Positions 43,257-56,766 of a stretch of 64,000 nt of DNA are shown here, in pieces. The position numbers and the translations under genes were made by a program. The DNA is from Planctomycetota bacterium (lineage in GTDB: Bacteria > Planctomycetota > Planctomycetia > Pirellulales > UBA1268): contig JBJOKF010000155.1 of NCBI GenBank assembly GCA_046046235.1, positions 3,947 through 67,946 of the forward strand, written 5' to 3'. The notes under the pieces were generated by a model. That model was not told the DNA's origin. It saw only the letters and a list, made by a program, of their open reading frames with translations, and did not search any database. Each line of letters begins with the position of its first letter. Position 1 is the stretch's first letter.

Positions 43257-44777
43257 TCAGTCTACGCTCGCGCCGTTGCCCGTGGGTTCGTGTCGCTGAA
43301 CCGGCGACGGCCGCTCCCCGACCGCGTCCCCGGCGGCGCCGAAACCCTCGAGCAGCCGCTCGAGGTTGCCCGCCCCGGCGGCGGTTCGCGGAGGCCATGC
43401 AGCCAGCAGCAGGTCGTGGAGCGTGTCGTCCCCGGGTGCCTGGCCCAGCCGGGCGAACCGCAACTCGAGCCGCACGACCCGCGGGCCGGACGGGTGCCGC
43501 CGATTCCAGTCCTGCGCGAGCGCCGCGGCCACCGGCTCCGCGAAGCGGCGATACCGCGGCCGCGGCAAGACCCACATGAGCTTGTGCCAGCGATGATGCG
43601 GCAGCGACCAGAAGCCGCCGGCGGGCCGCTCCGCCTCGAGCGGCCGTCCGCCCCGTAACAGGTCGACGACCCGGCCGTCGGCGAGTTCCGCCCGGGCGTA
43701 GGACCATTGCTCCTGCGGCTGCACCGAACCGAACATCGCCCATTCCTGATGCATGCAGAAGAGGTGCACGAGCGAGGCCACGGGCCGCGGAAGCGGCACG
43801 TCCCGCCACGGGGTGATGTCGTGCATCAGGCTCACGAGCGCGAGTCCGCCCGCCGCCAGGCAGAGCCAGCGGCCGCCCGGTGACGGGTCGCCGGTGGCGG
43901 CGGCCGGCGTGGTGCCGCCGCCGAGGCCGCACGCCTCCCACGCCGCGGCCGGCAGGAGCGGCAGCCAGGCCACGATGCCCACGTAGCCGAAGAGCCCGAC
44001 GCTCATCGTGAGGCAACTGGCCGCATGGAAGAGCATGAAGAGGCCGCAGAGCGTCAGGCGGACCCGCGCGGCCGGCCACGCCAGCAGGATGATCGGGCCG
44101 GCGAGTTCCAGGGCGAGCACGCTCCAGGCCACGGGCCGCGCGAGCCACCCACCCGCGAAGAGCCAATCGCCGAGCGCGGTGCCGTGATCGTGGACCGAAA
44201 AAGCGAAGCGGATGGCGTCGCCGGCGAGCCACGTCGGGTTGCACTTCGACAGTCCGGCCGCGAGATAGACGACGGCCACCTGCAGCACGAGCATGCCGCT
44301 TGCCGTGGACAGCACCGTGCCGCGGCGGCCGGTGCGGGAGTCGCAGGACCAGACCGCGCCCAGCGGCAGGAACATGCCCCAGAACAGGAGGCACGCCAGC
44401 CAGGCGTCGCCGGCATTGGTCGCCGGCGCGGTCCGCCGCAGGACGCTCACGACCGCCACCCACGCCGCCGCGGTGGCCAGCCGCGTCCGGCAGCCCGCCG
44501 CGAGCAGCAGGCCGGCGCTGGCCTCGAACGCGAGCATGACGGGCCCCCACCAGTCGGCATCGACCGCCCAGGCCAGCGACCAGGCACACGGGTCGGCGTA
44601 GAAGCCGCGGATCACGGCCGGCGGCAGCATGCCGTCGCCGGCGAACATGAGTCTCAGGTCTCGGGTGCGGAGCAACGCGTCGGCCGCGACGAGAAGACCG
44701 AGGCCGACGCGAAAAGCCGCCAGGCTGCGGAGATCGACCGCGAACGCCCGCTGTCGCCATGCCGTCTGTTCGGGCAC
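43257..44777 (-). CDS. HTTM (vitamin K-dependent gamma-carboxylase-like) domain membrane protein
   Basis: VDLRSLAAFRVGLGLLVAADALLR start typical of HTTM domains, followed by multiple TM helices. AAGGAG lies 4/7 nt upstream of the tandem GTG codons at 44780/44777. The track ORF start at 44933 would overlap lpd and was rejected. Confidence 0.75.
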   Translation of the reverse strand: MPEQTAWRQRAFAVDLRSLAAFRVGLGLLVAADALLRTRDLRLMFAGDGMLPPAVIRGFYADPCAWSLAWAVDADWWGPVMLAFEASAGLLLAAGCRTRLATAAAWVAVVSVLRRTAPATNAGDAWLACLLFWGMFLPLGAVWSCDSRTGRRGTVLSTASGMLVLQVAVVYLAAGLSKCNPTWLAGDAIRFAFSVHDHGTALGDWLFAGGWLARPVAWSVLALELAGPIILLAWPAARVRLTLCGLFMLFHAASCLTMSVGLFGYVGIVAWLPLLPAAAWEACGLGGGTTPAAATGDPSPGGRWLCLAAGGLALVSLMHDITPWRDVPLPRPVASLVHLFCMHQEWAMFGSVQPQEQWSYARAELADGRVVDLLRGGRPLEAERPAGGFWSLPHHRWHKLMWVLPRPRYRRFAEPVAAALAQDWNRRHPSGPRVVRLELRFARLGQAPGDDTLHDLLLAAWPPRTAAGAGNLERLLEGFGAAGDAVGERPSPVQRHEPTGNGASVD

Positions 44778-44920
44778 CACCGCACTCCTTGTCCGGAACG
44801 ACTTGTCAAGAACGACCCGGCCCGGCCGTCCCCACCGTCGTTTCTTGAAGAACCGCGGGCCCGAAACTACAACATCGACCGGCTTTCGATCGATCCCGGC
44901 TGCGAGGAGAACCCCGAGCG

Positions 44921-46345
44921 ATGCACGTTCCACTGGTGGTGCTGGGCGGCGGCCCGGGCGGCTACGCCGCGGCCTTCATGGCGGCCGATCTGGGCATGAC
45001 GGTGGCGCTCGTGGAGCGGGACGAACGGCTCGGGGGCACCTGCCTACTCCGGGGCTGCATCCCGTCGAAGGCGCTCCTGCACGTGGGGCGGGTGCTGGCG
45101 GAGTCGCGGGAAATGGAGGACTGGGGTGTGCACTTCAGCCGCCCCACGATCGATCTCGACGCGTTGCGGGCCCGCAAGGACAAGGTCATCGCCACGCTCA
45201 CCGGTGGCTTGGGGACGCTCGCGCGGCGGCGCAACGTCACGATCGTGCGCGGCCAGGCCCGGTTCACGAACTCGTCGACGCTCGAGATCGCCCCGGCGGC
45301 CCCCGGCGGGGCCAGCCAGACGATCACGTTCGACCACTGCATCCTCGCCAGCGGCTCGCGGCCGGCCCGGATTCCCGCCTTCGACATTGGCTCGCCGCGG
45401 GTGATGGATTCGACCGGCGCGCTCGAACTGGCGGAGATCCCGGAGTCGCTCCTCGTCGTCGGCGGCGGCTACATCGGCCTGGAGATGGGCACGGTCTATG
45501 CCGAACTCGGCACGAAGGTGTCGGTCGTGGAGCTGACCGACACGCTCCTGCCCGGTGCGGACCGCGATCTGGTGAAGCCGCTCCAGCAGCGGCTCGAGAA
45601 ACTCTTCGAGAAGATCCACCTGCGGACGAAGGTCGCCCGCCTCGAGGACGCGGGCCATGCGGTACGGGTCCATTTCGAAGGCCCCGAGGGGCAGAGCACG
45701 CGGGAGTTTTCCCGCGTGCTCGTGGCGGTCGGCCGCCGGCCGAACTCCGACGGCCTGGGTCTGGAAAACACCCGCGTCACGGTCAGCCCCAAGGGCTTCG
45801 TCGAGGTCGACGGCCGGCAGCGGACGAGCGATCCCCGGATCCTCGCGATCGGCGACGTCTGCGGCGAGCCGATGCTCGCCCATCGCGCGAGCCATCAGGG
45901 CAAGGTGGCGGTCGAGTCGTTGCACGGCGAGCCGGCCGTGTTCGCGCCGCGGGCGATTCCCGCGGTCGTGTTCACCGACCCGGAGATCGCCTGGGCCGGG
46001 CTCACCGAAAATGAGGCGACCGCGGCGGGACGCACCGTCGAGGTGAGCCGTTACCCGTGGGCGGCCAGCGGTCGCGCGCACGCGCTCGGTCGGACCGATG
46101 GCCTGACCAAGATCCTCGTCGATCCCGAGACCGACGCCGTGCTCGGGGTGGGGATGGTCGGCCCCGGGGCGGGAGAACTCGTCGCCGAAGGCGTGCTCGC
46201 GATCGAGATGGGCTGCTCGGCCCGTGATCTGATGGAGACGATCCATCCGCACCCGACGCTCGGGGAGACGGTGGCGTTTTCGGCGGAGAACTATTTCGGC
46301 CTGGCGACCGAGATCTATCGGCCCCGCACCGACGCCGGCAAGTAG
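44921..46345 (+). CDS. lpd: Dihydrolipoyl dehydrogenase (E3), copy 1
   Basis: VVLGGGPGGY FAD fold, redox-active GGTCLLRGCIPSK, and C-terminal interface HPHPTLGE. GAGGAGA lies upstream of the ATG. Confidence 0.95.
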   Translation: MHVPLVVLGGGPGGYAAAFMAADLGMTVALVERDERLGGTCLLRGCIPSKALLHVGRVLAESREMEDWGVHFSRPTIDLDALRARKDKVIATLTGGLGTLARRRNVTIVRGQARFTNSSTLEIAPAAPGGASQTITFDHCILASGSRPARIPAFDIGSPRVMDSTGALELAEIPESLLVVGGGYIGLEMGTVYAELGTKVSVVELTDTLLPGADRDLVKPLQQRLEKLFEKIHLRTKVARLEDAGHAVRVHFEGPEGQSTREFSRVLVAVGRRPNSDGLGLENTRVTVSPKGFVEVDGRQRTSDPRILAIGDVCGEPMLAHRASHQGKVAVESLHGEPAVFAPRAIPAVVFTDPEIAWAGLTENEATAAGRTVEVSRYPWAASGRAHALGRTDGLTKILVDPETDAVLGVGMVGPGAGELVAEGVLAIEMGCSARDLMETIHPHPTLGETVAFSAENYFGLATEIYRPRTDAGK

Positions 46346-46499
46346 GCCGGAGCGATCCGGACTCCGCGCAGTGGACCGCGTGGTCGCGGCAGAACCGCCA
46401 AATAGGCCATTCTGCGCCGCTCGGCATTCGGGCTTTACGCTGCCCGGAACCATCGGAATAATGCGGAAAGTTCGCCCACCTTTCCGGAGCACCCCCCGC

Positions 46500-49334
<2,835 letters not shown>

Positions 49335-49471
49335 TGCCGCCCGGCGCGGCCGCCGCCGCGAGGACTCCCGAGACCATCTTCGCCTCCTAGTATTCCGACC
49401 GTTCTTCAGCCCGTCGTTCTTCATCTCCGCCCGGCGCATGCCGGGGCGGTCATCCACAGCAACGGAAGCCC

Positions 49472-50812
49472 ATGGCCATCGAATTCAAGCTGCCCGATCT
49501 CGGCGAAAACATCGCCTCGGGGGACGTCGTCTCCGTGTTCGTGTCGCCCGGCGACGTTCTGAAACCCGGCCAGACGCTCCTGGAAGTGGAAACCGACAAG
49601 GCCGTGATCGAGGTGCCCTGCCCGCCGGGCGGCGTGGTCTCGCAGGTGCTCGTGAAGAAGGGCGACACCGTCAAGGTCGGCCAGACGCTCGTGGTGCTCG
49701 ATGCGGGCGGAGCGGCAACCGCCGCGAAGCCCGCTGTCGCCGCTGCGCCCGCAGCGGTCGCTGCGGCTCCCGCGGCGCCGGCCAAACCGGTGCCGCCGCC
49801 GGCCGCTCCCGCTCCGGTCCCCGCTGCCGCTCCGGCCCCCGTGGCTGCGGCAGCGACTCCCGCGGCCGCCTCGGTGCCTGCCGCCGCGGAGGAGTCGCCG
49901 GCATCCACGGCAGTCGCGGTCGATCCGGCCGGGCCGGCGGTCCGCCGGTTGGCCCGCGAGCTCGGCGTCGATCTGGCGCGGGTGCGCGGCAGCGGTCCTT
50001 CGGGCCGGATCGTGCGGGAGGACGTGATCGCCGCCGTGCGTCAGGCCGGCGGCCAGGGGGCGGCTCCGCATGCCCGCGCCGCCTCCGGGTCCACGGAGCG
50101 GGATGACTGGGGGCCGATCCGCCGCGAGCAGCTCTCGCGGATGCGGAAGACGATCGCGGCCAACATGGTCCGCAGCGTCTCCACGATTCCCCATCTCACC
50201 AACTTCGACGACGCCGACGTGACGGAGCTGGAGAACCTCCGCAAGGCGAGCGCTCCGGAGTATGCCAAGAGCAACGTGAAGCTCACGGCGCTCGGATTCG
50301 TCATCAAGGCGGTGAGTCTCTCCCTCCGGCAGCATCCGGTGGTCAACGCCACCGTCGACATGGAGAAGGGAGAACTCGTCTACAAGGACTACGTGAACAT
50401 CGGCCTCGCCGTCGACACGCCCCGCGGACTCGTCGTGCCGGTGCTCCGCGGGTGCGACGAGATGTCGATCCCGCAGATCGCCCAGGCCGTCGCCGACACC
50501 GCCGAGAAGGCCAAGAACGCCCAATACGGCATCGAGGACCTTCGCGGCGGCACCTTCACGATCAGCAATCTGGGCGCCATCGGCGGCACCTACTCCACGC
50601 CGATCATCAACTGGCCGGAGGTGGCGATTCTGCTCGTGGGCCGATCGCGGCGGCTGCCGGTCGTCCGTGAAGATCGCATCGAGCCCCGCCTGATGATGCC
50701 GCTGTCGCTCTCCTATGACCATCGGGTGATCGACGGCGCCACGGCCGCCCGGTTTCTCAAGGAAGTCATCGGCTACCTCGAGAGCCCGGGGCGGCTGCTG
50801 CTGGCGATGTGA
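49472..50812 (+). CDS. aceF: Dihydrolipoamide acetyltransferase (E2 of pyruvate dehydrogenase): one lipoyl domain, Ala/Pro linker, E3-binding domain, catalytic domain
   Basis: LEVETDKAVIEVP lipoyl-Lys motif, PAVRRLARELGVDLARVRGSGPSGRI, and catalytic SYDHRVIDGA. Confidence 0.92.
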   Translation: MAIEFKLPDLGENIASGDVVSVFVSPGDVLKPGQTLLEVETDKAVIEVPCPPGGVVSQVLVKKGDTVKVGQTLVVLDAGGAATAAKPAVAAAPAAVAAAPAAPAKPVPPPAAPAPVPAAAPAPVAAAATPAAASVPAAAEESPASTAVAVDPAGPAVRRLARELGVDLARVRGSGPSGRIVREDVIAAVRQAGGQGAAPHARAASGSTERDDWGPIRREQLSRMRKTIAANMVRSVSTIPHLTNFDDADVTELENLRKASAPEYAKSNVKLTALGFVIKAVSLSLRQHPVVNATVDMEKGELVYKDYVNIGLAVDTPRGLVVPVLRGCDEMSIPQIAQAVADTAEKAKNAQYGIEDLRGGTFTISNLGAIGGTYSTPIINWPEVAILLVGRSRRLPVVREDRIEPRLMMPLSLSYDHRVIDGATAARFLKEVIGYLESPGRLLLAM

Positions 50813-50837
50813 CGGCCCGCCGGGCCGATTCGAAAGC

Positions 50838-53828
50838 GTGAAGAAGACTCCCGACCATCCTCCGCCACGACCCGCAGAGATCCACGTGAGCACGACCGAT
50901 CGCATCGACGCCGCCGGAGCGGCGAACCTCGCCTTCCTCGAAGAGCTGTTCGAGCAGTACCAGCAGGATCCCTCGAGCGTCGACCCGCAGTGGCGGGAAT
51001 ACTTCGAGTCGCTCGCGAACGCGGGCGCGGCCGCCACGCGGACCAAGGCTGCGGCTCCCGCCAACGGCGTCGCCACGGCCAACGGGGCCGCCCATGTCGG
51101 AGCGCGGTCCGCTCCGCCCGCCAAGAAGCTCGTCGCACCGGACGGCATCCCCACCGGCCATGCGGTCGCGATCGCCAACGGCGAGGTCCGGCTTCCGGCC
51201 GCCCCGGCCGGCGAGGCGATGCCGCTGCCGCTGCCCGTGGCCACGGGGACGGCGGGTGAGGAGCGGGTCGCGTTCCTCCAGGACCGCGTCGATCAGCTCG
51301 TGCGGGCCTATCGCGTCCGTGGTCACCTGATGGCCGAGATCGACCCGCTGGGCCGGCCGCGTCCCGGTCTGCCGGAGCTCGATCCCCAATTTTATCACCT
51401 CACCGAGTCCGACATGGACCGGTCCTTCTCGACCGACACGATCGAGGGGCCGCAGTCGATGTCGCTGCGGCAGATCATCAAGCGGCTGCGCAACACCTAC
51501 TGCCGGTCGATCGGCGTGCAGTTCATGCACATGGACGACCTGCGGGTGCGCCAGTGGCTCCAGGTGCGCATGGAGGGCTGCGAGAACCGCATCCAGCTCG
51601 ACCGCAAGCAGCAGTTGCGGATCTACCGGCAGATGACCACGGCCGCCGTCTTCGAGGAGTTCATCCAGAAGCGGTTCCTGGGGGCGAAGAGCTTCTCGCT
51701 CGAGGGCTCGGAGAGCCTGATCCCGCTGGTGGAGATGTCGATCGAGCGGGCGGCTTCGCAGGACATCGGCGACGTGGTGCTGGCGATGGCGCATCGCGGC
51801 CGGCTCAACGTCCTGGCCAACATCATGGGCAAGAGCCCGCAGCGGATCTTCCGCGAGTTCGCCGACATGGACCCCCAGCTCCACGTGGGCCGCGGCGACG
51901 TCAAGTATCACCTGGGGCATTCCACCGACTACGCGGCCGCCAACGGCCACAGCGTGCACCTCACCCTCTGCTTCAATCCCAGCCATTTGGAGTTCGTGAA
52001 TCCGGTGGCGATCGGGCGGATGCGGGCCCGGCAGGACCGCTTCGGCGACCAGGCCCGGCAGAATGGCCTGACGATCCTCATCCACGGCGACGCCGCCTTC
52101 GCCGGCGAGGGCATCATCCAGGAGACGCTCAACCTGAGCGAACTGGAGGCCTATCGCACCGGGGGCACGCTGCACGTGGTGGTCAACAACCAGATCGGCT
52201 TCACGACCGGCCCGCGGGAATCCCGGTCGTGCATGTACGCCACCGACGTCGCGAAGATGCTGCAGATCCCCATTTTCCACGTCAACGGCGAGGATCCCGA
52301 GGCGGTGGCCCAGGTGGTCAACCTCGCCATGGACTTCCGCCGCGAGTTCCAGCGGGACGTGGTCATCGACATGTACTGCTTCCGCCGCCGGGGCCACAAC
52401 GAGGCCGACGAGCCGGCGTTCACGCAGCCCGCGCTCTACCGCGTCATCGAGCGGCGGCCGAGCGTCCACGAGAGCTACCTGGAGAAGCTCCTGAAGCTCG
52501 GCGAGATCACTCGCGAGGAGGCGATGCAGATCGCCGAGGAGCACCGCTCCAAGCTCGACGCGGAGCTCTCGGTCGCCAAGAGCGACGACTACGTACACCG
52601 CAGCGATGTCGGGGGCGTATGGGCCTTCTACGTGGGCGGCCGCGAGCGGGAGGCGGCCGACGTCGACACCGGCGTCCGCCGCGAGGTGCTCGAGCACCTG
52701 CTCGACCGGCTCGTCGCCCTGCCCGAGGGTTTCCAGCCGCACGCCAAGATCCAGAAGTTCCTCGAGGGACGGCAGCAGATGGCCCGCGGCGGGCAGCCGC
52801 TCGACTGGTCGGCCGCGGAGGCCTTGGCGCTGGCGACGCTCGCCACCCAGGGCCTGCGGGTGCGGCTGTCCGGCCAGGACAGCCAGCGGGGCACGTTCAG
52901 CCACCGTCACGCCGTCATCCACGACGCCGTGACCGACGAGACCTACTGCACGCTCGAGCATTTAACGCCCGATCAGGCGCCGGTCGAGATCTATAACAGC
53001 CCGCTCTCGGAGGCGGGCGTGCTCGGCTTCGAATACGGCTACAGCCTCGACTGTCCGGACGGCCTGGTGATGTGGGAGGCCCAGTTCGGCGACTTCGTGA
53101 ACGTCGCCCAGGTGGTGATCGACCAGTTCATCGTCAGCGCCGAAGACAAATGGAACCGGCTCAGCGGGATCGTGATGCTGCTGCCGCACGGATTCGAGGG
53201 GCAGGGGCCCGAGCACTCGAGCGCCCGGCTCGAGCGGTTTCTCTCGCTGGCCGCCAAGGACAACATCCAGGTCGTTCAGCCGACCACGCCGGCGCAGATC
53301 TTCCACTGCCTCCGCCGGCAGGTGCTCCGCGTCTGGCGGAAGCCGTTGTTCGTGATGACGCCCAAGAGCCTGCTCCGTAATCCGGCGTGCGTCTCGACGA
53401 TGGACGAGCTGGTGAAGGGCTGCTTCCAGCGGGTGATTCCCGACGCATCCGGTGTCGCTGCCCGCGACGTGCGGCGGATCCTGCTCTGCTCCGGCAAGGT
53501 GGCGTATGAGTTGGAGAAGCGCCGGCAAGAGCTCGGCCGCCGCGACGTCGCGATCGTGCGGGTGGAGCAGCTCTACCCGCTGCCCAGGCGGGCCCTGGAG
53601 GCGGCGCTGGCCGACTATGCCCCCGGCACGCCCGCGGTGTGGGTGCAGGAGGAGCCGGAGAACATGGGCGCCTGGCGGTTCTTCAAGATCCACTTCGGCG
53701 AGAAGCTGCTCGAGCGGTTCCCGTTCTCCGGCGTCTGCCGCCAGAGCGCCGCGAGCCCCGCCACCGGTTCCAAGAAGAGCCACGATCTCGAGCAAAACGA
53801 GCTGCTCTCCGCCGCCTTCCACAGCTGA
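50838..53828 (+). CDS. sucA: 2-oxoglutarate dehydrogenase E1 component
   Basis: NLAFLEELFEQYQQDPSSVDPQWREYF N-terminus, RVRGHLMAEIDPL, MAHRGRLNVLAN, HGDAAFAGEG and LLPHGFEGQGPEHSS. GTG start. Confidence 0.94.
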   Translation: MKKTPDHPPPRPAEIHVSTTDRIDAAGAANLAFLEELFEQYQQDPSSVDPQWREYFESLANAGAAATRTKAAAPANGVATANGAAHVGARSAPPAKKLVAPDGIPTGHAVAIANGEVRLPAAPAGEAMPLPLPVATGTAGEERVAFLQDRVDQLVRAYRVRGHLMAEIDPLGRPRPGLPELDPQFYHLTESDMDRSFSTDTIEGPQSMSLRQIIKRLRNTYCRSIGVQFMHMDDLRVRQWLQVRMEGCENRIQLDRKQQLRIYRQMTTAAVFEEFIQKRFLGAKSFSLEGSESLIPLVEMSIERAASQDIGDVVLAMAHRGRLNVLANIMGKSPQRIFREFADMDPQLHVGRGDVKYHLGHSTDYAAANGHSVHLTLCFNPSHLEFVNPVAIGRMRARQDRFGDQARQNGLTILIHGDAAFAGEGIIQETLNLSELEAYRTGGTLHVVVNNQIGFTTGPRESRSCMYATDVAKMLQIPIFHVNGEDPEAVAQVVNLAMDFRREFQRDVVIDMYCFRRRGHNEADEPAFTQPALYRVIERRPSVHESYLEKLLKLGEITREEAMQIAEEHRSKLDAELSVAKSDDYVHRSDVGGVWAFYVGGREREAADVDTGVRREVLEHLLDRLVALPEGFQPHAKIQKFLEGRQQMARGGQPLDWSAAEALALATLATQGLRVRLSGQDSQRGTFSHRHAVIHDAVTDETYCTLEHLTPDQAPVEIYNSPLSEAGVLGFEYGYSLDCPDGLVMWEAQFGDFVNVAQVVIDQFIVSAEDKWNRLSGIVMLLPHGFEGQGPEHSSARLERFLSLAAKDNIQVVQPTTPAQIFHCLRRQVLRVWRKPLFVMTPKSLLRNPACVSTMDELVKGCFQRVIPDASGVAARDVRRILLCSGKVAYELEKRRQELGRRDVAIVRVEQLYPLPRRALEAALADYAPGTPAVWVQEEPENMGAWRFFKIHFGEKLLERFPFSGVCRQSAASPATGSKKSHDLEQNELLSAAFHS

Positions 53829-53915
53829 CGCCGACGACATCCCCGCCGCCCGGCCCCGGCCGGCACCGGTTTCATCCCCACCACCCCCCATCCCCAATCA
53901 GGCCCCGCACGCACA

Positions 53916-55166
53916 ATGGCAATCGAACTGAAGGTACCCGAGGTCGGCGAGTCGATCACCGAGGTCATGATCGGCACCTGGAAGAAGCGCGAGGGCGACG
54001 CCGTCACGGTCGACGAGGCGATCGTCGAGATCGAGAGCGACAAAGCCACGGTGGAACTGCCCGCGCCGAAGGCCGGCACGGTCACCAAGGTGCTCAAGGG
54101 AAGCGGCGAGAAGGCGGTCGTGGGCGAGGTGATCGGCTACCTGGAGCCGGCGGCCGCCGGCGCCGCGGCACCGGCCCAGCCGGTCGCGCCGACGCAGCCC
54201 GCCCAGCCCGTGGTCGACGTGAAACGCAAGGAAGGCCGCACCGACATCGGCTCGGTGCAGCCGCCGCGGGTGATGCCGGCGGCGGCCCGCGTTCTCGGCG
54301 AGGCGGGCGCGACCGCGTCGGCAGCCGCGGCCACGGGTCCTGGCGGCCGCGTGACCAAGTCCGACGCCCTGGCCGCGGTGGCCAAGCCGTCCGCCCCCGC
54401 GGCCCCGGCCGTCCGGTCAACGCCCGCCGCGCCCGCCGCGCCCGCCGTCGCCCCTGCGGGCGGGTCTCGCGAAGAGCGGTATGTCCTCATCAGCCCGATC
54501 CGGCAGCGGATCGCGGAGCGGCTCGTCGAGGCCCAGCATCAGGCCGCCTTGCTCACGACATTCAACGAGGTCGACATGTCGGCGGTGATGGCATTGCGGG
54601 CCAAGTTCAAGGACTCCTTCCAGGAGCGGCACGGCGTGAAGCTCGGCTTCATGTCGTTCTTCGTGCGGGCCGCCGTCGAGGCCCTCCGTGCGGTGCCGCA
54701 GGTCAACGCCGAATACCGCGAGCCGCACATCGTCTACCGCGACTACTGCGACATCGGCATCGCGGTCGGTGGCGGCAAGGGGCTGGTGGTGCCGGTGCTG
54801 CGCAATGCCGAGACCATGTCGTTCGCCGGCATCGAACTGGCCATCAATGATTTCGCCCGCCGCGCTGCCGACAACAAGCTCAAGCTCGACGAACTGCAGG
54901 GCGGCACCTTCACGATCTCCAATGGCGGCGTCTACGGCTCGATGATGAGCACGCCGATCATCAACCCGCCGCAGAGCGGCATCCTCGGTCTGCACGCCAT
55001 CCAGGACAGGCCCATGGCCGTGAACGGGCAGGTAGTGATTCGCCCGATGATGTACCTGGCGCTCACCTACGATCATCGGCTCGTGGACGGACGCGAGGCG
55101 GTGACCTTCCTCAGGCGGATCAAGGACACGATCGAGGATCCGAGTCGCCTGATGCTGGAAGTGTGA
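53916..55166 (+). CDS. sucB: Dihydrolipoamide succinyltransferase (E2 of 2-oxoglutarate dehydrogenase)
   Basis: Lipoyl motif [14 protein letters not shown], and catalytic [11 protein letters not shown] and [13 protein letters not shown]. Confidence 0.93.
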   Translation: MAIELKVPEVGESITEVMIGTWKKREGDAVTVDEAIVEIESDKATVELPAPKAGTVTKVLKGSGEKAVVGEVIGYLEPAAAGAAAPAQPVAPTQPAQPVVDVKRKEGRTDIGSVQPPRVMPAAARVLGEAGATASAAAATGPGGRVTKSDALAAVAKPSAPAAPAVRSTPAAPAAPAVAPAGGSREERYVLISPIRQRIAERLVEAQHQAALLTTFNEVDMSAVMALRAKFKDSFQERHGVKLGFMSFFVRAAVEALRAVPQVNAEYREPHIVYRDYCDIGIAVGGGKGLVVPVLRNAETMSFAGIELAINDFARRAADNKLKLDELQGGTFTISNGGVYGSMMSTPIINPPQSGILGLHAIQDRPMAVNGQVVIRPMMYLALTYDHRLVDGREAVTFLRRIKDTIEDPSRLMLEV

Positions 55167-55224
55167 CCTTCGCCCGCAGCCGTGCCCTCAATCCGGGAAG
55201 TCTGATACCGAGGAAGTGTGATCC

Positions 55225-56610
55225 ATGGCCTATGACGTGGTGGTGATCGGGGGCGGCCCGGGCGGGTACGTGGGGGCGATCCGCGCCGCGCAGCTCGGCA
55301 TGAAGGTGGCGGTCGTCGAGCGCGAGGAACGGCTCGGGGGCACCTGCCTGCGGGTAGGCTGCATTCCGTCGAAGGCGCTGCTCGAGTCGAGCCACAAGTA
55401 CGAGATCGCCCGCGGGGAGCTGGCGCACCACGGTGTGCAGGTCTCGGGCGTGTCGCTCGATCTGGCGACGCTCATGAAGCGCAAGGAGGATGTCGTCGCC
55501 ACCCTCGCGAAGGGGATCGACGCCCTGCTCGCCAAGAACAAGATCGTCCGCCACCGCGGCACGGGGCGGCTCGCGGGCGCGGGCCGCGTGGAGGTGACCG
55601 CGGCCGACGGCACGAAGACGCACGTCGAGGCCGACAAGGTCATCCTGGCGGTGGGGAGCCAGCCGGTCGTGCTGCCGGGCATCGAGGTGGACGGCAAATA
55701 CGTCGGCACGAGCACCGAGGCGCTGGCGTTCGACGCTGTGCCGGGACATCTCGTCGTGGTCGGTGGGGGTTACATCGGCCTCGAACTCGGCACGGTCTGG
55801 CGCCGGCTGGGCGCGAAGGTGACGGTGCTCGAATATGCCGACCGCATCCTGACGGGACTCGACGCCGACATCGCCGCGGAGGCCTTGCCGCTCCTGCGGA
55901 AGCAGGGGCTCGACATCCGGCTGGGCGTGAAGGTCCGGTCGGCGAAGGTGGTCGGGGGGAAGTGCTTCGTGGAGTGCGAGGGGCTCGCGCCGATCGAATG
56001 CGACCGGGTGCTCGCGGCCACGGGCCGCAAGCCGGCGACGGCCGACCTCGGCCTCGATACGGTGGGCATCGCGACCGACGCCCGCGGCTTCATTCCCGTC
56101 GACGAGCAGTTTCGCACGGCGGCCGCGGGTGTCTATGCGATCGGCGACTGCATTCCGGGGCCGATGCTCGCCCACAAGGCCGAGGAGGATGGCGTGGCCT
56201 GCGTCGAGGGGATGAAGAGCGGCTGGTCGCACGTGGACTACGACCTTGTGCCTGCGGTCGTCTTCACGCATCCCGAGATCGCCGCCGTCGGCCGCACCGA
56301 GGAGCAGTTGGCCGCCGCCGGCATCGCCTTCAAGAAGGGTGTATTTCCGTTCCGTGCCAACGGCCGGGCCCGCACGATCAACGACACGACGGGCAAGGTG
56401 AAGGTGCTCGTGGATGCGTCGACCGATCGCGTTCTCGGCGTCCACATCATCGGCCCGTCGGCGGGCGACCTGATCGGCGAGGCGGCGGCCGCGATGACAT
56501 TCGGGGCGACGGCCGAGGACATCGGACGCGTTTGCCACGCCCACCCGACCCTGCCCGAGGCGCTCAAGGAAGCGGCGCTGGCCGCCGGTAGCGGGGCGAT
56601 CCACGCCTGA
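55225..56610 (+). CDS. lpd: Dihydrolipoyl dehydrogenase (E3), copy 2
   Basis: VVIGGGPGGY, GGTCLRVGCIPSK and HAHPTLPE. Clearly diverged from copy 1. GAGGAAG upstream of the ATG. Confidence 0.95.
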   Translation: MAYDVVVIGGGPGGYVGAIRAAQLGMKVAVVEREERLGGTCLRVGCIPSKALLESSHKYEIARGELAHHGVQVSGVSLDLATLMKRKEDVVATLAKGIDALLAKNKIVRHRGTGRLAGAGRVEVTAADGTKTHVEADKVILAVGSQPVVLPGIEVDGKYVGTSTEALAFDAVPGHLVVVGGGYIGLELGTVWRRLGAKVTVLEYADRILTGLDADIAAEALPLLRKQGLDIRLGVKVRSAKVVGGKCFVECEGLAPIECDRVLAATGRKPATADLGLDTVGIATDARGFIPVDEQFRTAAAGVYAIGDCIPGPMLAHKAEEDGVACVEGMKSGWSHVDYDLVPAVVFTHPEIAAVGRTEEQLAAAGIAFKKGVFPFRANGRARTINDTTGKVKVLVDASTDRVLGVHIIGPSAGDLIGEAAAAMTFGATAEDIGRVCHAHPTLPEALKEAALAAGSGAIHA

Positions 56611-56766
56611 CGTCCGCGCGGGGTGGCTGCCGTTGCTCGCGTTGGTTGTGGAAAGCCATTCAGGGCCTTTTTCCACGACGGCGAGCCGCGAAAAAGCCGA
56701 GGTTTTCCAGACTCGCGACCGCCGCCCCCAGCAGCGGACGATGGTGTCCACGGACTGCCACGGCGG

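Noticed and set aside
44781-44933. N-terminal 51-52 codons of the track ORF for the HTTM protein, which would overlap the lpd start at 44921
   Set aside because: An AAGGAG Shine-Dalgarno sits just upstream of the tandem GTG codons at 44780/44777, and the HTTM domain starts immediately after. The upstream residues are basic and low-complexity. The shorter model was adopted.
56648-56676. Imperfect hairpin GTGGAAAGCC-ATTCAG-GGCCTTTTTCCAC after the second lpd gene, considered as a possible terminator
   Set aside because: The stem needs bulges, and the T-run lies inside the 3' arm rather than after it. Too ambiguous to call.
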